Source: an uncultured Candidatus Saccharibacteria bacterium (GTDB taxonomy: Bacteria > Patescibacteriota > UBA1384 > XYA2-FULL-43-10 > 1-14-0-10-43-13). From it: a DNA stretch of 64,000 nt. The stretch is from assembly GCA_964406145.1 (NCBI GenBank), contig CAYOQP010000002.1, positions 13,537 to 77,536 of the forward strand, in the 5' to 3' direction. The notes under the pieces are model-generated. The model was not told where the DNA came from and did no database searches. It saw only the letters and a program-made list of their open reading frames with translations. Shown piece by piece: positions 17,781 through 27,160 of this stretch. Position numbers and translations under genes: made by a program. The first letter of the stretch is position 1. Every line of letters begins with the position of its first letter.

Positions 17781-20333
17781 ATGTACAGTGGAGGGAATTA
17801 TTATAATAGCGATCCAGGATTATTCGCGGATGGAATTCCGTGGTATTTTTGGTTGATCGGCGTAATTGTTATTATTGTTTTGGTTGCGATTTTCTATCAA
17901 TGGATCAGGCTCTGGATTCTAGCTCGTTTTCAAATGAGGCTTTCTAAGGACTGGGTCATGTACAAGATTTTGGTGCCGAAAGAACGACATGCCGAGGAAG
18001 ATGATCAGCGCAAGAATTTCCAGGAAATGCTAGCAGTTATTGAGCCATTCTATGCTAATCTAAATGCACTCTTTGATAATTCGATGATCAAGAAAATGAC
18101 TGGTCAGGTCAATGTCTCACTCGAAATTATCGCCAAAGACAATGTCATTTCTTTTTATGTTGGTTGTCCGAGAAAAATATCAGAGATTGTTTTGAAAAAT
18201 CTTCATTCTCAGTACGCTCATGCCGAGATTACTGAGGATAATAATTTTTCAATTTTTCCCAAGAAACCTCTTCAGATTGATATTCTGAATCTAAAGCTAA
18301 TCAAGAGATATTTGTTCCCGATTAAGACATACAAGAATCTCGAGGAAGATCCTCTCAATGCTTTGTCAAATTCGCTTTCTAAGCTTACACTTGATCAGCT
18401 GGCTGGAGTACAGATAATGCTGAGACCGACCTCTGGAATGTGGAGATTGCCGATCGAGCGCGCAGCCTTCAATATTCAGCATGGAAAATCGAGAATTTCT
18501 TATTCCTCATCGGCTACAGTCCGAGCCTCTGAAGCCTTTTTCAATTTCATTGGGCAAGCAGCTAATAATGCGACAGGCAAGGGCGAGGAACAACACACCG
18601 AATTTTATGATCCAAAAAATCCCATGAAAGTAACACCGATGCAAGAAGCACAGGTCAAGATGCTTGGCGAGAAGGCGGCTAAACTTGGATTTGAATGTCA
18701 AATTAGAGTTGTGGCGGTTGCTGAGACAAAGGATCAGGCCAAGCAATTGTCTCGACATGTTGCTGGCGCCTTCAATCAGTTCAATTCTCCTGATGCCAAT
18801 GGTTTTGTGACTAAGGAAGTTAAAAAAATGTCAGAGGAATTAGCCAACTATATCTTTAGGGTTTTCGGTCGGGGGCCGAGACTAATTCTTAATACTGAAG
18901 AGCTGGCTTCACTGTTTCATTTCCCAAATCGTTTTGTTGACACACCTAACATTGTTTGGCTGCTTGCCAAGAAGGAGGCGCCGCCAGCAAACTTGCCAAC
19001 CGAAGGCACGATTCTTGGCAAAGCCCTTTACCGTGGTCAGGAGCAGATGATCAAGATCAAACAGGGCGACAGACTTAGACACTTATACCAGATCGGTAAG
19101 ACCGGCGTGGGTAAGACTGTCCTTTTCCAGAACATGATTCTGCAGGATATTCTTGAGGGTAATGGCGTCTGTTATCTGGACCCGAATGGTGACGCGGCCG
19201 AGTGGATATTGAATCATATACCCAAGGAGCGTGCTGACGATGTCATCTACTTCAACCCAGCTGATCGAGAAAGGCCGATGGGTCTCAATATGTTGGAGTG
19301 GAAGACGTCTGATCAGAGAGACTTTTTGGTCCAGGAAGCTATTCAAATTTTTTACAAGCTTTTCGATCCCAATCAGACCGGTATTGTTGGTCCACAGTTT
19401 GAGCACTGGATGCGCAATGCCTCACTGACTTTAATGTCTCACCCTGATGGTGGCACCATCATCGATATCCCGAGACTCTTTACTGATCCAGATTTCGAAA
19501 AGAGTCGAGTCAAATATGTCAAAGATCCAGTTGTCAAATCATTCTGGGAGAAGCAGATGGCCAAGACGGCGGATTTCCATAAATCTGAAATGTTAAACTA
19601 CTTTACCTCAAAGTTTGGTCGTTTCATGACCAACGATATGATGCGCAATATTATTGGTCAGACCAAGTCATCTTTTGATTTCCGAGACATTATGGATAAT
19701 AAGAAGATTTTGATCTGTAATCTCTCGAAAGGTTTGATAGGGGAGATCAACGCATTTCTGCTGGGTATGATAATAGTTTCCAAGATCGCGATGGGAGCCT
19801 TCTCTCGCCAAGATATTCCAGAGAGTGAGCGTATCCCATTCTTTCTCTATGTTGATGAGTTTCAGAACTTTGTGACTGAGGTTTTTGCCACCATCTTGTC
19901 TGAGTCAAGGAAATACAAGCTGTCTCTAAATATTACTAATCAGTATATCGAACAGCTTGATGAGAAGATTAGAGCGGCTGTAATAGGTAATGCCGGCACA
20001 TTGGTGGCCTTTCGAATGGGTGCGGCTGACGCAGAATTTTTCGTCAAGGAATTTGAGCCGCTAAAGCCGGAGGACTTAACGACAATTGATAAGTATAATT
20101 TCTATATCAAAATGCTGATTGATGGGGCACCAACCAAGCCGTTTAACGGTCAAAGTATCTGGCCTGATGATCCAGAAGGAAATCCGAAGCTTGGAGCGGC
20201 GATTAAGGAGCTTTCCAGGATGAAATATGGCAAACCCAAAGAGATGATTGAGACGGAAATCCTAGAACGATCCAAAGTTGCTTCTATTGATTTACCAGGC
20301 CTACAGCCAACTTCAAACCAGCCCACTCTTTAA
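17781..20333 (+). CDS. membrane-anchored FtsK/HerA-superfamily P-loop ATPase (VirD4/TraG/VirB4-like)
   Basis: N-terminal TM; Walker A GKTGVGKT followed by DPNGD; Walker B FFLYVDEFQNF. Confidence 0.7.
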   Translation: MYSGGNYYNSDPGLFADGIPWYFWLIGVIVIIVLVAIFYQWIRLWILARFQMRLSKDWVMYKILVPKERHAEEDDQRKNFQEMLAVIEPFYANLNALFDNSMIKKMTGQVNVSLEIIAKDNVISFYVGCPRKISEIVLKNLHSQYAHAEITEDNNFSIFPKKPLQIDILNLKLIKRYLFPIKTYKNLEEDPLNALSNSLSKLTLDQLAGVQIMLRPTSGMWRLPIERAAFNIQHGKSRISYSSSATVRASEAFFNFIGQAANNATGKGEEQHTEFYDPKNPMKVTPMQEAQVKMLGEKAAKLGFECQIRVVAVAETKDQAKQLSRHVAGAFNQFNSPDANGFVTKEVKKMSEELANYIFRVFGRGPRLILNTEELASLFHFPNRFVDTPNIVWLLAKKEAPPANLPTEGTILGKALYRGQEQMIKIKQGDRLRHLYQIGKTGVGKTVLFQNMILQDILEGNGVCYLDPNGDAAEWILNHIPKERADDVIYFNPADRERPMGLNMLEWKTSDQRDFLVQEAIQIFYKLFDPNQTGIVGPQFEHWMRNASLTLMSHPDGGTIIDIPRLFTDPDFEKSRVKYVKDPVVKSFWEKQMAKTADFHKSEMLNYFTSKFGRFMTNDMMRNIIGQTKSSFDFRDIMDNKKILICNLSKGLIGEINAFLLGMIIVSKIAMGAFSRQDIPESERIPFFLYVDEFQNFVTEVFATILSESRKYKLSLNITNQYIEQLDEKIRAAVIGNAGTLVAFRMGAADAEFFVKEFEPLKPEDLTTIDKYNFYIKMLIDGAPTKPFNGQSIWPDDPEGNPKLGAAIKELSRMKYGKPKEMIETEILERSKVASIDLPGLQPTSNQPTL

Positions 20334-20372
20334 TTAATAAGTCCTAGATTAATATTATTGCGCGACAAAATG

Positions 20373-20401
20373 TTGACGTATTGCTATTTATGTGGTAAGA
20401 T
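20373..20401 (+). promoter_or_regulatory. sigma70-like promoter (TTGACG-17-TAAGAT)
   Basis: Seen directly; internal promoter within the cluster. Confidence 0.4.
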
Positions 20402-20437
20402 AATGGCGTTGTTTAAGAATTATTAAACAAAAATAAA

Positions 20438-20944
20438 ATGCCAACTGAAAAAGAGCTCGAAAGAGTCAAACAATTGCTTGATGCGGCGGAAGCCAGCATC
20501 AGACAGGCGAAGAACGTTTTGTTCACAGCTGAGCTGTCTGAGATGACCAAGGAGTTGTCCAACGGTGATAGCAAGGTGATCGAAGGCGTTTTCAATGGCG
20601 AGAGCATGGTCGGCCCCGATAAAAAGATTTATCCGGTGCCCGCAAACTATGCTTCTAAGTCAAAATTAGTAAGCGGGGATGTCTTAAAGCTTACAATTCT
20701 TGATGATGGCACTTTTCTTTATAAGCAGATCGGGCCGGTCAAACGTAAAAAGGTTATCGGCGAACTTATCGAGGTTGGCGATGGAAAATATATCGTCGAC
20801 ACCAAGAGCGCCGAATATCAAGTTTTGCCTGCGTCAGTAACTTATTTTAAAGCCAAATCAGGTGACAAATTAACAATTCTTTTGCCAGAAGCCGGAGTCT
20901 CCGAGTGGGCGGCAGTAGAAAATTTATTAGAATCAACAATTTAA
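20438..20944 (+). CDS. hypothetical protein
   Basis: 168-aa ORF. Confidence 0.45.
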   Translation: MPTEKELERVKQLLDAAEASIRQAKNVLFTAELSEMTKELSNGDSKVIEGVFNGESMVGPDKKIYPVPANYASKSKLVSGDVLKLTILDDGTFLYKQIGPVKRKKVIGELIEVGDGKYIVDTKSAEYQVLPASVTYFKAKSGDKLTILLPEAGVSEWAAVENLLESTI

Positions 20945-20952
20945 GAGGTAAA

Positions 20953-21987
20953 ATGGTAGTCAAAAACTTTAGCCCCTACAAATTAGTTAGTGAAGCAATT
21001 CATGAATTGAAACCAAATGAGGTTACCGTCATTTCTGGTCGTTTTGGCATTGGTTCTGATCATCTTACTCTTTCTGCTATTGGCAAAAAGCTTAAACTCT
21101 CTAGAGAGCGAATACGTCAAATTGAACGCGAAGCCCTAAAAAAGGTTGCACGTCTGATTGTGAATGAGAAAAATTCTTCTATCAATGAGATTGTTCGTTC
21201 TTTCGAAAAAAATGGTGGCATCACTAGCCATGAAAAAATTGCCGAAAAGTTTCTCGAAGAGAATTATTGGAATGACAAAAACGAGTTCAATTCACTTCAT
21301 CTTATTTTTGTTATTATGCCATCAATTTTGAAAATTGAAAAAACCCAAGAGCTTGAGTCTGGCTGGATGCTAACGTCCTTGTCGAAAGATGACGCAATTA
21401 AAATTATTAACGATTGGGTTGGCCATCTTAAGAAAAATAATAAACCAGAAACTCTTGATGTTTTGATTGATGCTCATCCAGAACACAAGAAATACAAAGT
21501 TACTTTCCTGTCAGAGCTTCCAGAAATTAGTAAGAAACTAGTCAAAACTGATACCGGCCACATTGGTCTATCTTCTTGGCCAGAGGTCAATCCTAAAAAC
21601 GTTCGTGACAAAATATTCTACATCCTAAATCATCATGGTAAGCCAATGCACTTTGAAGACATCGCCAAGGCGATCGTCGACCATAAGTTTGATGGCAAAA
21701 AAATTGTCAAAGCCACAGTTCATAACGAATTGATTGCTGATTCTCGTTTCGTTTTGATTGGCCGTGGAATTTATGCTCTCAAAGAGTGGGGTTATCAACA
21801 GGGTACAGTCTCGGACATCATCAAAGAGATTCTCTCAAAGCATGCCGCTGGTCTTACAGTTGACGAAATCACCAAGAAAGTTTTAGAACAGAGAATGGTT
21901 AAGAAAAATACCATCCTTATCAATCTCCAGACAAAGCCATATTTTAAGAAAATTTCTAAAGAGAAATACGTCCTAAGTAGCTTCTAA
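20953..21987 (+). CDS. sigma-70 region-4-like HTH protein (putative regulator)
   Basis: LTLSAIGKKLKLSRERIRQIEREALKKVAR resembles RpoD region 4.2; AAGAGG RBS before ATG 20953. Confidence 0.55.
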   Translation: MVVKNFSPYKLVSEAIHELKPNEVTVISGRFGIGSDHLTLSAIGKKLKLSRERIRQIEREALKKVARLIVNEKNSSINEIVRSFEKNGGITSHEKIAEKFLEENYWNDKNEFNSLHLIFVIMPSILKIEKTQELESGWMLTSLSKDDAIKIINDWVGHLKKNNKPETLDVLIDAHPEHKKYKVTFLSELPEISKKLVKTDTGHIGLSSWPEVNPKNVRDKIFYILNHHGKPMHFEDIAKAIVDHKFDGKKIVKATVHNELIADSRFVLIGRGIYALKEWGYQQGTVSDIIKEILSKHAAGLTVDEITKKVLEQRMVKKNTILINLQTKPYFKKISKEKYVLSSF

Positions 21988-22059
21988 GGCCCTAGTAAAT
22001 CTTACTCCATAGCAGTATAATGATCTTAGTCGTATTACGACTTAGTTTGCAGTAGGAGT

Positions 22060-25000
22060 ATGAATTACATTTTATACATTATCTATGCTATCCTAATCAT
22101 TGGTCCGATTTACCTTATTTGGGCGATTATGAATATTAATAGAAAAATGAAAAAAGTTGACTGGCTCAATGCACAAGAATACACCATTCTTCGCATTGAT
22201 GTCCCGAAAAATAATGACAAGTCTCCGCTTGCCGCTGAGCAAATGTTTGCCGCTATTCATGGAATTTACTCGGAGAGTGCTAGTTATCAAAATCATCTCT
22301 CTTTCGAAATAGTTTCCAAAGACAAGTTTATCCAATTCTATATCTATCTTCCGGTCCATTTGAAAGATTTTGTCGAAGGGCAAATTTATGCTCAATATCC
22401 GACAGTTGAGATTCAGGAAGTAGGGGATTACACTCAAGAAATCGACCCTAAGTCACAGAACTATGCTACCTGCGAGCTCGGTCTTAATAAGCCTGATGTT
22501 TATCCGATAAAGCAGTTTACTGATTTTGAAGTTGACCCGATTTCCGGCATCACTTCTGTTATGACGAAGCTCAATGCTGGCGAGGAAATTTGGTTTCAGG
22601 TCATGATCAGGCCGATAGGCGATGAGTGGCAGGAAAAGGGTCATGAAATGGTTTCGCACATACGTAACGGCACGTCTCTCAGGGGTAAGGGGCTAGCCGG
22701 TCAGTTCAACAAGACATTAAAACTTTGGTTTAAAGCTTTCTTTATTCAGCTCGTTAAACCAGGAGAGGCTTTTGAAACTAAGCCATCTGAAGTTAAACTT
22801 CATGCTTCCGTTGAGGATGCTCTCAAAAACATTGAACAAAAAATCACCAAGCTGGGTTTTGAGACCAAGATGCGAATCTTGGCTTTGGGCGGAGATAGTG
22901 TTTCGGCCAGAATGAAATGCCAGAATGTTGCTGCTGCCTTCAAGCAATACAACACTACCCACCTAAACGGTTTCAAGGTTGGCGAAATTTTGGTTAACGA
23001 TCATTCGGCTTGGAAGGATTTTGCAGAGCGTTCTTTTGAAGATGATGGTAAGATTTTTAATATTTCCGAACTTGCCTCAATTTATCACTTGCCTCATAGC
23101 TCGGTTTCGACGCCAAATATTGTTTGGTCTGGATCCAAGAAAGGCGAGCCACCTGCTAATTTGCCTCTTCGTGAAAATACTCCAGAGGACGAACTAACTG
23201 TAATCGGTGAGACAAATTTCAGAAACAACTTCAAGGTTTTCGGCATCAAGAAAGATGACAGGCGCCGACATATCTACATTGTTGGTAAGTCTGGTGTAGG
23301 TAAATCAGTTTTGATTGAAAATATGGCTGTCAATGATGTTTGTGCGGGTAGGGGAGTGATTGTGGTCGATCCACATGGCGAACTAGCCGATAAGGTTCTT
23401 TCCTGTATTCCAGAAAACAGAATTAAAGATGTAGTGGTTTTCGATCCATCTGATCGTGAATTTCCGGTTGCCTTTAACCTTCTAGAGCATGTTGATGATG
23501 ACTTTAAGAGTATTGTCGCTTCAGGTTTCGTCGGTATTTTCAAAAAGATTTTTGGCGATTCTTGGGGCCCTCGTCTCGAGCATATTCTTCGAAACACGGT
23601 TTTGGCGCTTCTTGATTTTCCTGATTCGACCATGTTGGACATTCCGAGAATGTTAACTAATAATCGTTTTCGCGAAAAAGTTATCGAAAGAGTAAAGGAC
23701 CCAATCATTAAAGAATTCTGGCTCAATGAATTTGCTTCATTCGATAGCAAGTTCAGAACTGAAGCCGTTTCGCCAATTTTGAACAAGGTTGGACAATTTT
23801 TGTCTTCGGCCACAATCAGACATATTGTTGGTCAGCCAAAATCAACGATTAATATTCGTGAAATTATGGATCAAAAGAAGATAATGATTGTCAATCTTTC
23901 TCGCGGTAAGATCGGTGAGGATAATTCGGCCCTCTTGGGTGCAATGATGATCACCAAAGTTCAGCTTGCGGCTATGAGCCGTGCTGATGTTACTGTCGAT
24001 AATCGACCGGATAGTTATCTTTACGTCGATGAGTTTCAGAACTTTGCCACAGAATCATTCGCTGTTATTCTGGCAGAAGCCAGAAAATATAACTTGAATC
24101 TCACAATGGCTCATCAGTATATTGCTCAGCTTAAGGAGGAAGTGAGAGAGGCTGTCTTTGGTAATGCCGGCACAATTATTTCCTTTAGAGTTGGTGGAGC
24201 CGATGCTGATACTTTGGTCAAAGAGTTTGAACCAGTCTTTGAAACTAATGATATGGTCAATCTTGATAAATATCATATTTACATCAAGCTTCTTGTTGAC
24301 GGTGTTTCCTCCCCGGCATTTTCTGCTCGTACATTGCCTCCAGTCCAAAAACTAACAGGTAATCTTGAAGCTGTGATCAATAATTCGCGTAGCACTTATT
24401 CTCGAACACGTGCTGAAGTTGAGAATATGATCATGCACAGAAGCCAAGAGGAGGAAGAAGAGCTTAAGGCGGAAGCAGAGGCTTTCAAGCAAGGTGGCCT
24501 TGAAGCCCTTTTGTCCAAAAAACCAGTTTCTGTAACCTCTTCCCCAAGTTCTGAAGAGAAAAAGGGCGATCTTGATGTTGAGATTATCCAAGAGCCAGTT
24601 CCGATTAAATGGATCAATCCAGAGAAACCAGAAGTTAAGGATGTGCCAGCCGAGACCAAGACAATCGCTGAGCCATCAGAACCAAGGAACGAAAATGTTG
24701 AGACTAAAAAAGCAGAAGGTCCAAGAGTTGTGAAATATGATAGCATTCTGGACGGTAAAATTTATAAGGAAAGAACGGCTAGGGGAGGGGTGAAATGGTA
24801 TCTCGGGGAAGAGATTGACGAGGAAAAATTAGCCAAGAATAAGGTCTTATTAGATGACGGAGCTCGTAAAATTATTGAATTGTCAAAAGAAGTCGCGCCC
24901 AAAGGGGGAAAGAAAAATAACCAAAACAAGGGTGATGGTCATAAAAAAAATGATCATGAGGCAGGGGAGTCTCATTCTGGAAAAAGTGATAAGGTTGCAG

Positions 25001-25206
25001 AGAAGACTGAAGATAAAGACCCAGAGATAACTAAATTCCCAGAAAATCAAACTGAAAACGACAAGGCTAAAGAAGACAAAGAAGGGGCTGAAATCAAGAC
25101 TGAGCCAGAGGCAAAAATAGTCGCCGATAAAAATAACGATGAGCAGCCTATTAAATCCGATCCTCAGCATCTGGAAGAGGGCCAGTCGGTCAAAATTGGT
25201 GACTAA
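22060..25206 (+). CDS. membrane-anchored FtsK/HerA-superfamily P-loop ATPase paralog with Lys/Glu-rich C-terminal tail
   Basis: N-terminal TM; GKSGVGKS followed by DPHGE; SYLYVDEFQNF; alignable with the 17781 to 20333 protein across the whole ATPase region. Confidence 0.7.
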   Translation: MNYILYIIYAILIIGPIYLIWAIMNINRKMKKVDWLNAQEYTILRIDVPKNNDKSPLAAEQMFAAIHGIYSESASYQNHLSFEIVSKDKFIQFYIYLPVHLKDFVEGQIYAQYPTVEIQEVGDYTQEIDPKSQNYATCELGLNKPDVYPIKQFTDFEVDPISGITSVMTKLNAGEEIWFQVMIRPIGDEWQEKGHEMVSHIRNGTSLRGKGLAGQFNKTLKLWFKAFFIQLVKPGEAFETKPSEVKLHASVEDALKNIEQKITKLGFETKMRILALGGDSVSARMKCQNVAAAFKQYNTTHLNGFKVGEILVNDHSAWKDFAERSFEDDGKIFNISELASIYHLPHSSVSTPNIVWSGSKKGEPPANLPLRENTPEDELTVIGETNFRNNFKVFGIKKDDRRRHIYIVGKSGVGKSVLIENMAVNDVCAGRGVIVVDPHGELADKVLSCIPENRIKDVVVFDPSDREFPVAFNLLEHVDDDFKSIVASGFVGIFKKIFGDSWGPRLEHILRNTVLALLDFPDSTMLDIPRMLTNNRFREKVIERVKDPIIKEFWLNEFASFDSKFRTEAVSPILNKVGQFLSSATIRHIVGQPKSTINIREIMDQKKIMIVNLSRGKIGEDNSALLGAMMITKVQLAAMSRADVTVDNRPDSYLYVDEFQNFATESFAVILAEARKYNLNLTMAHQYIAQLKEEVREAVFGNAGTIISFRVGGADADTLVKEFEPVFETNDMVNLDKYHIYIKLLVDGVSSPAFSARTLPPVQKLTGNLEAVINNSRSTYSRTRAEVENMIMHRSQEEEEELKAEAEAFKQGGLEALLSKKPVSVTSSPSSEEKKGDLDVEIIQEPVPIKWINPEKPEVKDVPAETKTIAEPSEPRNENVETKKAEGPRVVKYDSILDGKIYKERTARGGVKWYLGEEIDEEKLAKNKVLLDDGARKIIELSKEVAPKGGKKNNQNKGDGHKKNDHEAGESHSGKSDKVAEKTEDKDPEITKFPENQTENDKAKEDKEGAEIKTEPEAKIVADKNNDEQPIKSDPQHLEEGQSVKIGD

Positions 25207-25271
25207 ATTTTGAAATTGTGACAGGGGAGAGCCGACCGGGGGAGTGGTCGAAATTTGCACTTTTATTGTCT

Positions 25272-25301
25272 GGGTGATGCTTGGTTCACCCTTTTTATTT
25301 T
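25272..25301 (+). terminator. intrinsic terminator
   Basis: GGGTGA-TGCTTGGT-TCACCC followed by TTTTTATTTT. Confidence 0.65.
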
Positions 25302-25683
25302 ATTTACAGAGGAAATGAAAATAGAGAAGCAGATAGAATGAAAAATAAAATTATATTTTTTGACTAGCCTATTAGTAATTATCAATTTTCGAATCCATCA
25401 GTTTATTTTGGGCCCAAATAATCTCATAAGCTACAAGACAATGTTCAATGTCGCATAACTATCATTATGCGACATTGCTAAATTATGCAACTTACCAACG
25501 ATATAGGTAACTTGGTGATTATCTGATTTTAATCTATGATATATCGCCTATTACTTTGCGAGACTCAAATAAATTTTTTGATTAAATTATTATGATAAGA
25601 TTTATCTGAGATATCCTCTCTTTGTGGCCCGATTCATGCTTCTGCATGCTAGTGGCTTGTTGCAAACATTGGCCTGCCAATAC

Positions 25684-25720
25684 AAAAGCCCCCAGAATCG
25701 ATTCTAAGGGCTTTTTCATA
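25684..25720. terminator. bidirectional hairpin terminator
   Basis: AAAGCCC...GGGCTTTTT with an inner AGAATCGATTCT palindrome; A-run and T-run flank it. Confidence 0.5.
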
Positions 25721-25754
25721 CTTAGTATGACTATTTGTACGTCTTGAGATCAGA

Positions 25755-26111
25755 TTAGGACTTGTCTGTGACCTTTTTTTGTAATTTATTGAGAGTTGCG
25801 GTTTTGAGTTGTCCGATGTTGGCAAAGATTCTTATTATAAAGGCAACAAGTATTGCTAGATACAAATCAAGATTTAATTTATCACCGAAGAAGGTAATTA
25901 GTATCGCAACAGCCATATTGAAAGCTAGACCAGTTAAGAAGACCATGGTGTCGTACTTGTTTTCAGCTGAAGCACGAATAGCCCCAAACAAAGAATCCAT
26001 CACGCCGACTATAGCTACAGCGGTGTATCTAGCGTATTCTGGTGGAATATTAAATTGGAGAAATCCGCCAATAGCGAGACCAAAGGCAAGAGAAATAATT
26101 AATAAATACAT
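25755..26111 (-). CDS. small integral membrane protein
   Basis: 118 aa with three or four hydrophobic helices. Confidence 0.45.
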   Translation of the reverse strand: MYLLIISLAFGLAIGGFLQFNIPPEYARYTAVAIVGVMDSLFGAIRASAENKYDTMVFLTGLAFNMAVAILITFFGDKLNLDLYLAILVAFIIRIFANIGQLKTATLNKLQKKVTDKS

Positions 26112-26263
26112 TTTGACTCCAGACGAATTTAATTTAAATTCTATTTAGAAATCTATTTAGGGCCTGTGGCTTTGAAAGGGAGTCTTTCTTGGGATAAAAA
26201 TTAGCGCAGAAATAGATTTAATAATTTCCTAAACCACTCCCCTCCCCTTATCAAAGAGTGTTT

Positions 26264-27160
26264 TTATTTTGCTTTAAGACTCTTTTTTTGCCACAAAACA
26301 AGTAGCGGAGCGGCGTTGAATATTGAGGAGTAGGTGCCGATAAATATACCGAAGACCAATATCAGAATAAAATGTCTGATTGAGAAGCTACCGAATATTA
26401 GCATTGCGACCAAAACAAGAATTGTGGTCATAGAAGTATTAATTGATCTAACAATGGTCTGATTAATACTCTCTTCAGCGGCCAGAGCGATATCTTCTTT
26501 TGGATTCTTAATGAAGTTTTCTCTGAGACGGTCGTAAACAACAATGGTGTCGTGAACCGAAAAACCCATAATAGTCAAAAGAGCCGTAACAAATAAGGCG
26601 TCGACTTCCATCCAAATATTGAAATGTCCGACGATGGAGACAAATCCGATTGTAATCAAAAGATCGTGTATTAGGGCAATTACAGCACAAACACCAAATT
26701 TCCATGAAGAGAGTGGCTTGGGGACCTTTCTAAAAGCGAATGCAATAAAGATTATTATCCCAATCGATGCCAGCACAACGGCCAAGATTGATTTTTTAGT
26801 TAGATCCTTTCCGATTGTTGGCCCGACAGTGTCATAGCTTGTTTCTGTATAATCACCCATCTGACTCTTGAAGGAAGTGGCTAATGTGGAGTGTTCCTCT
26901 GCGGTCAGTGTTTGCAAGCGCAAAATAACCTTATCGCTCCCACTTTCCTTTATTTGGTAACCATTATAGCCTAGCTTATCTAATTCTGTTTTTGCGATAT
27001 TGATTCGGTCTGATGAAGATGAAGTAAATTCGATAACACTTCCACCCTTATAATCAATGCCAACTTTTAAGCCAAAGATAAATATCGATGCAATTGAAAG
27101 AATGGCTAAAACAATGGAAATAGAAAACCAAACCCAACTGTTTCTTATAATTCTATACAT
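26264..27160 (-). CDS. secF: protein translocase subunit SecF
   Basis: GIDYKGGSVIEF and SecF-type TM pattern; overlaps secD by 8 bp. Confidence 0.9.
   Translation of the reverse strand: MYRIIRNSWVWFSISIVLAILSIASIFIFGLKVGIDYKGGSVIEFTSSSSDRINIAKTELDKLGYNGYQIKESGSDKVILRLQTLTAEEHSTLATSFKSQMGDYTETSYDTVGPTIGKDLTKKSILAVVLASIGIIIFIAFAFRKVPKPLSSWKFGVCAVIALIHDLLITIGFVSIVGHFNIWMEVDALFVTALLTIMGFSVHDTIVVYDRLRENFIKNPKEDIALAAEESINQTIVRSINTSMTTILVLVAMLIFGSFSIRHFILILVFGIFIGTYSSIFNAAPLLVLWQKKSLKAK

Noticed and set aside
20905-20952. Upstream start (20905) for the sigma region-4 protein, overlapping the preceding ORF by 40 bp.
   Set aside because: ATG 20953 has a well-spaced AAGAGG RBS and avoids the overlap.
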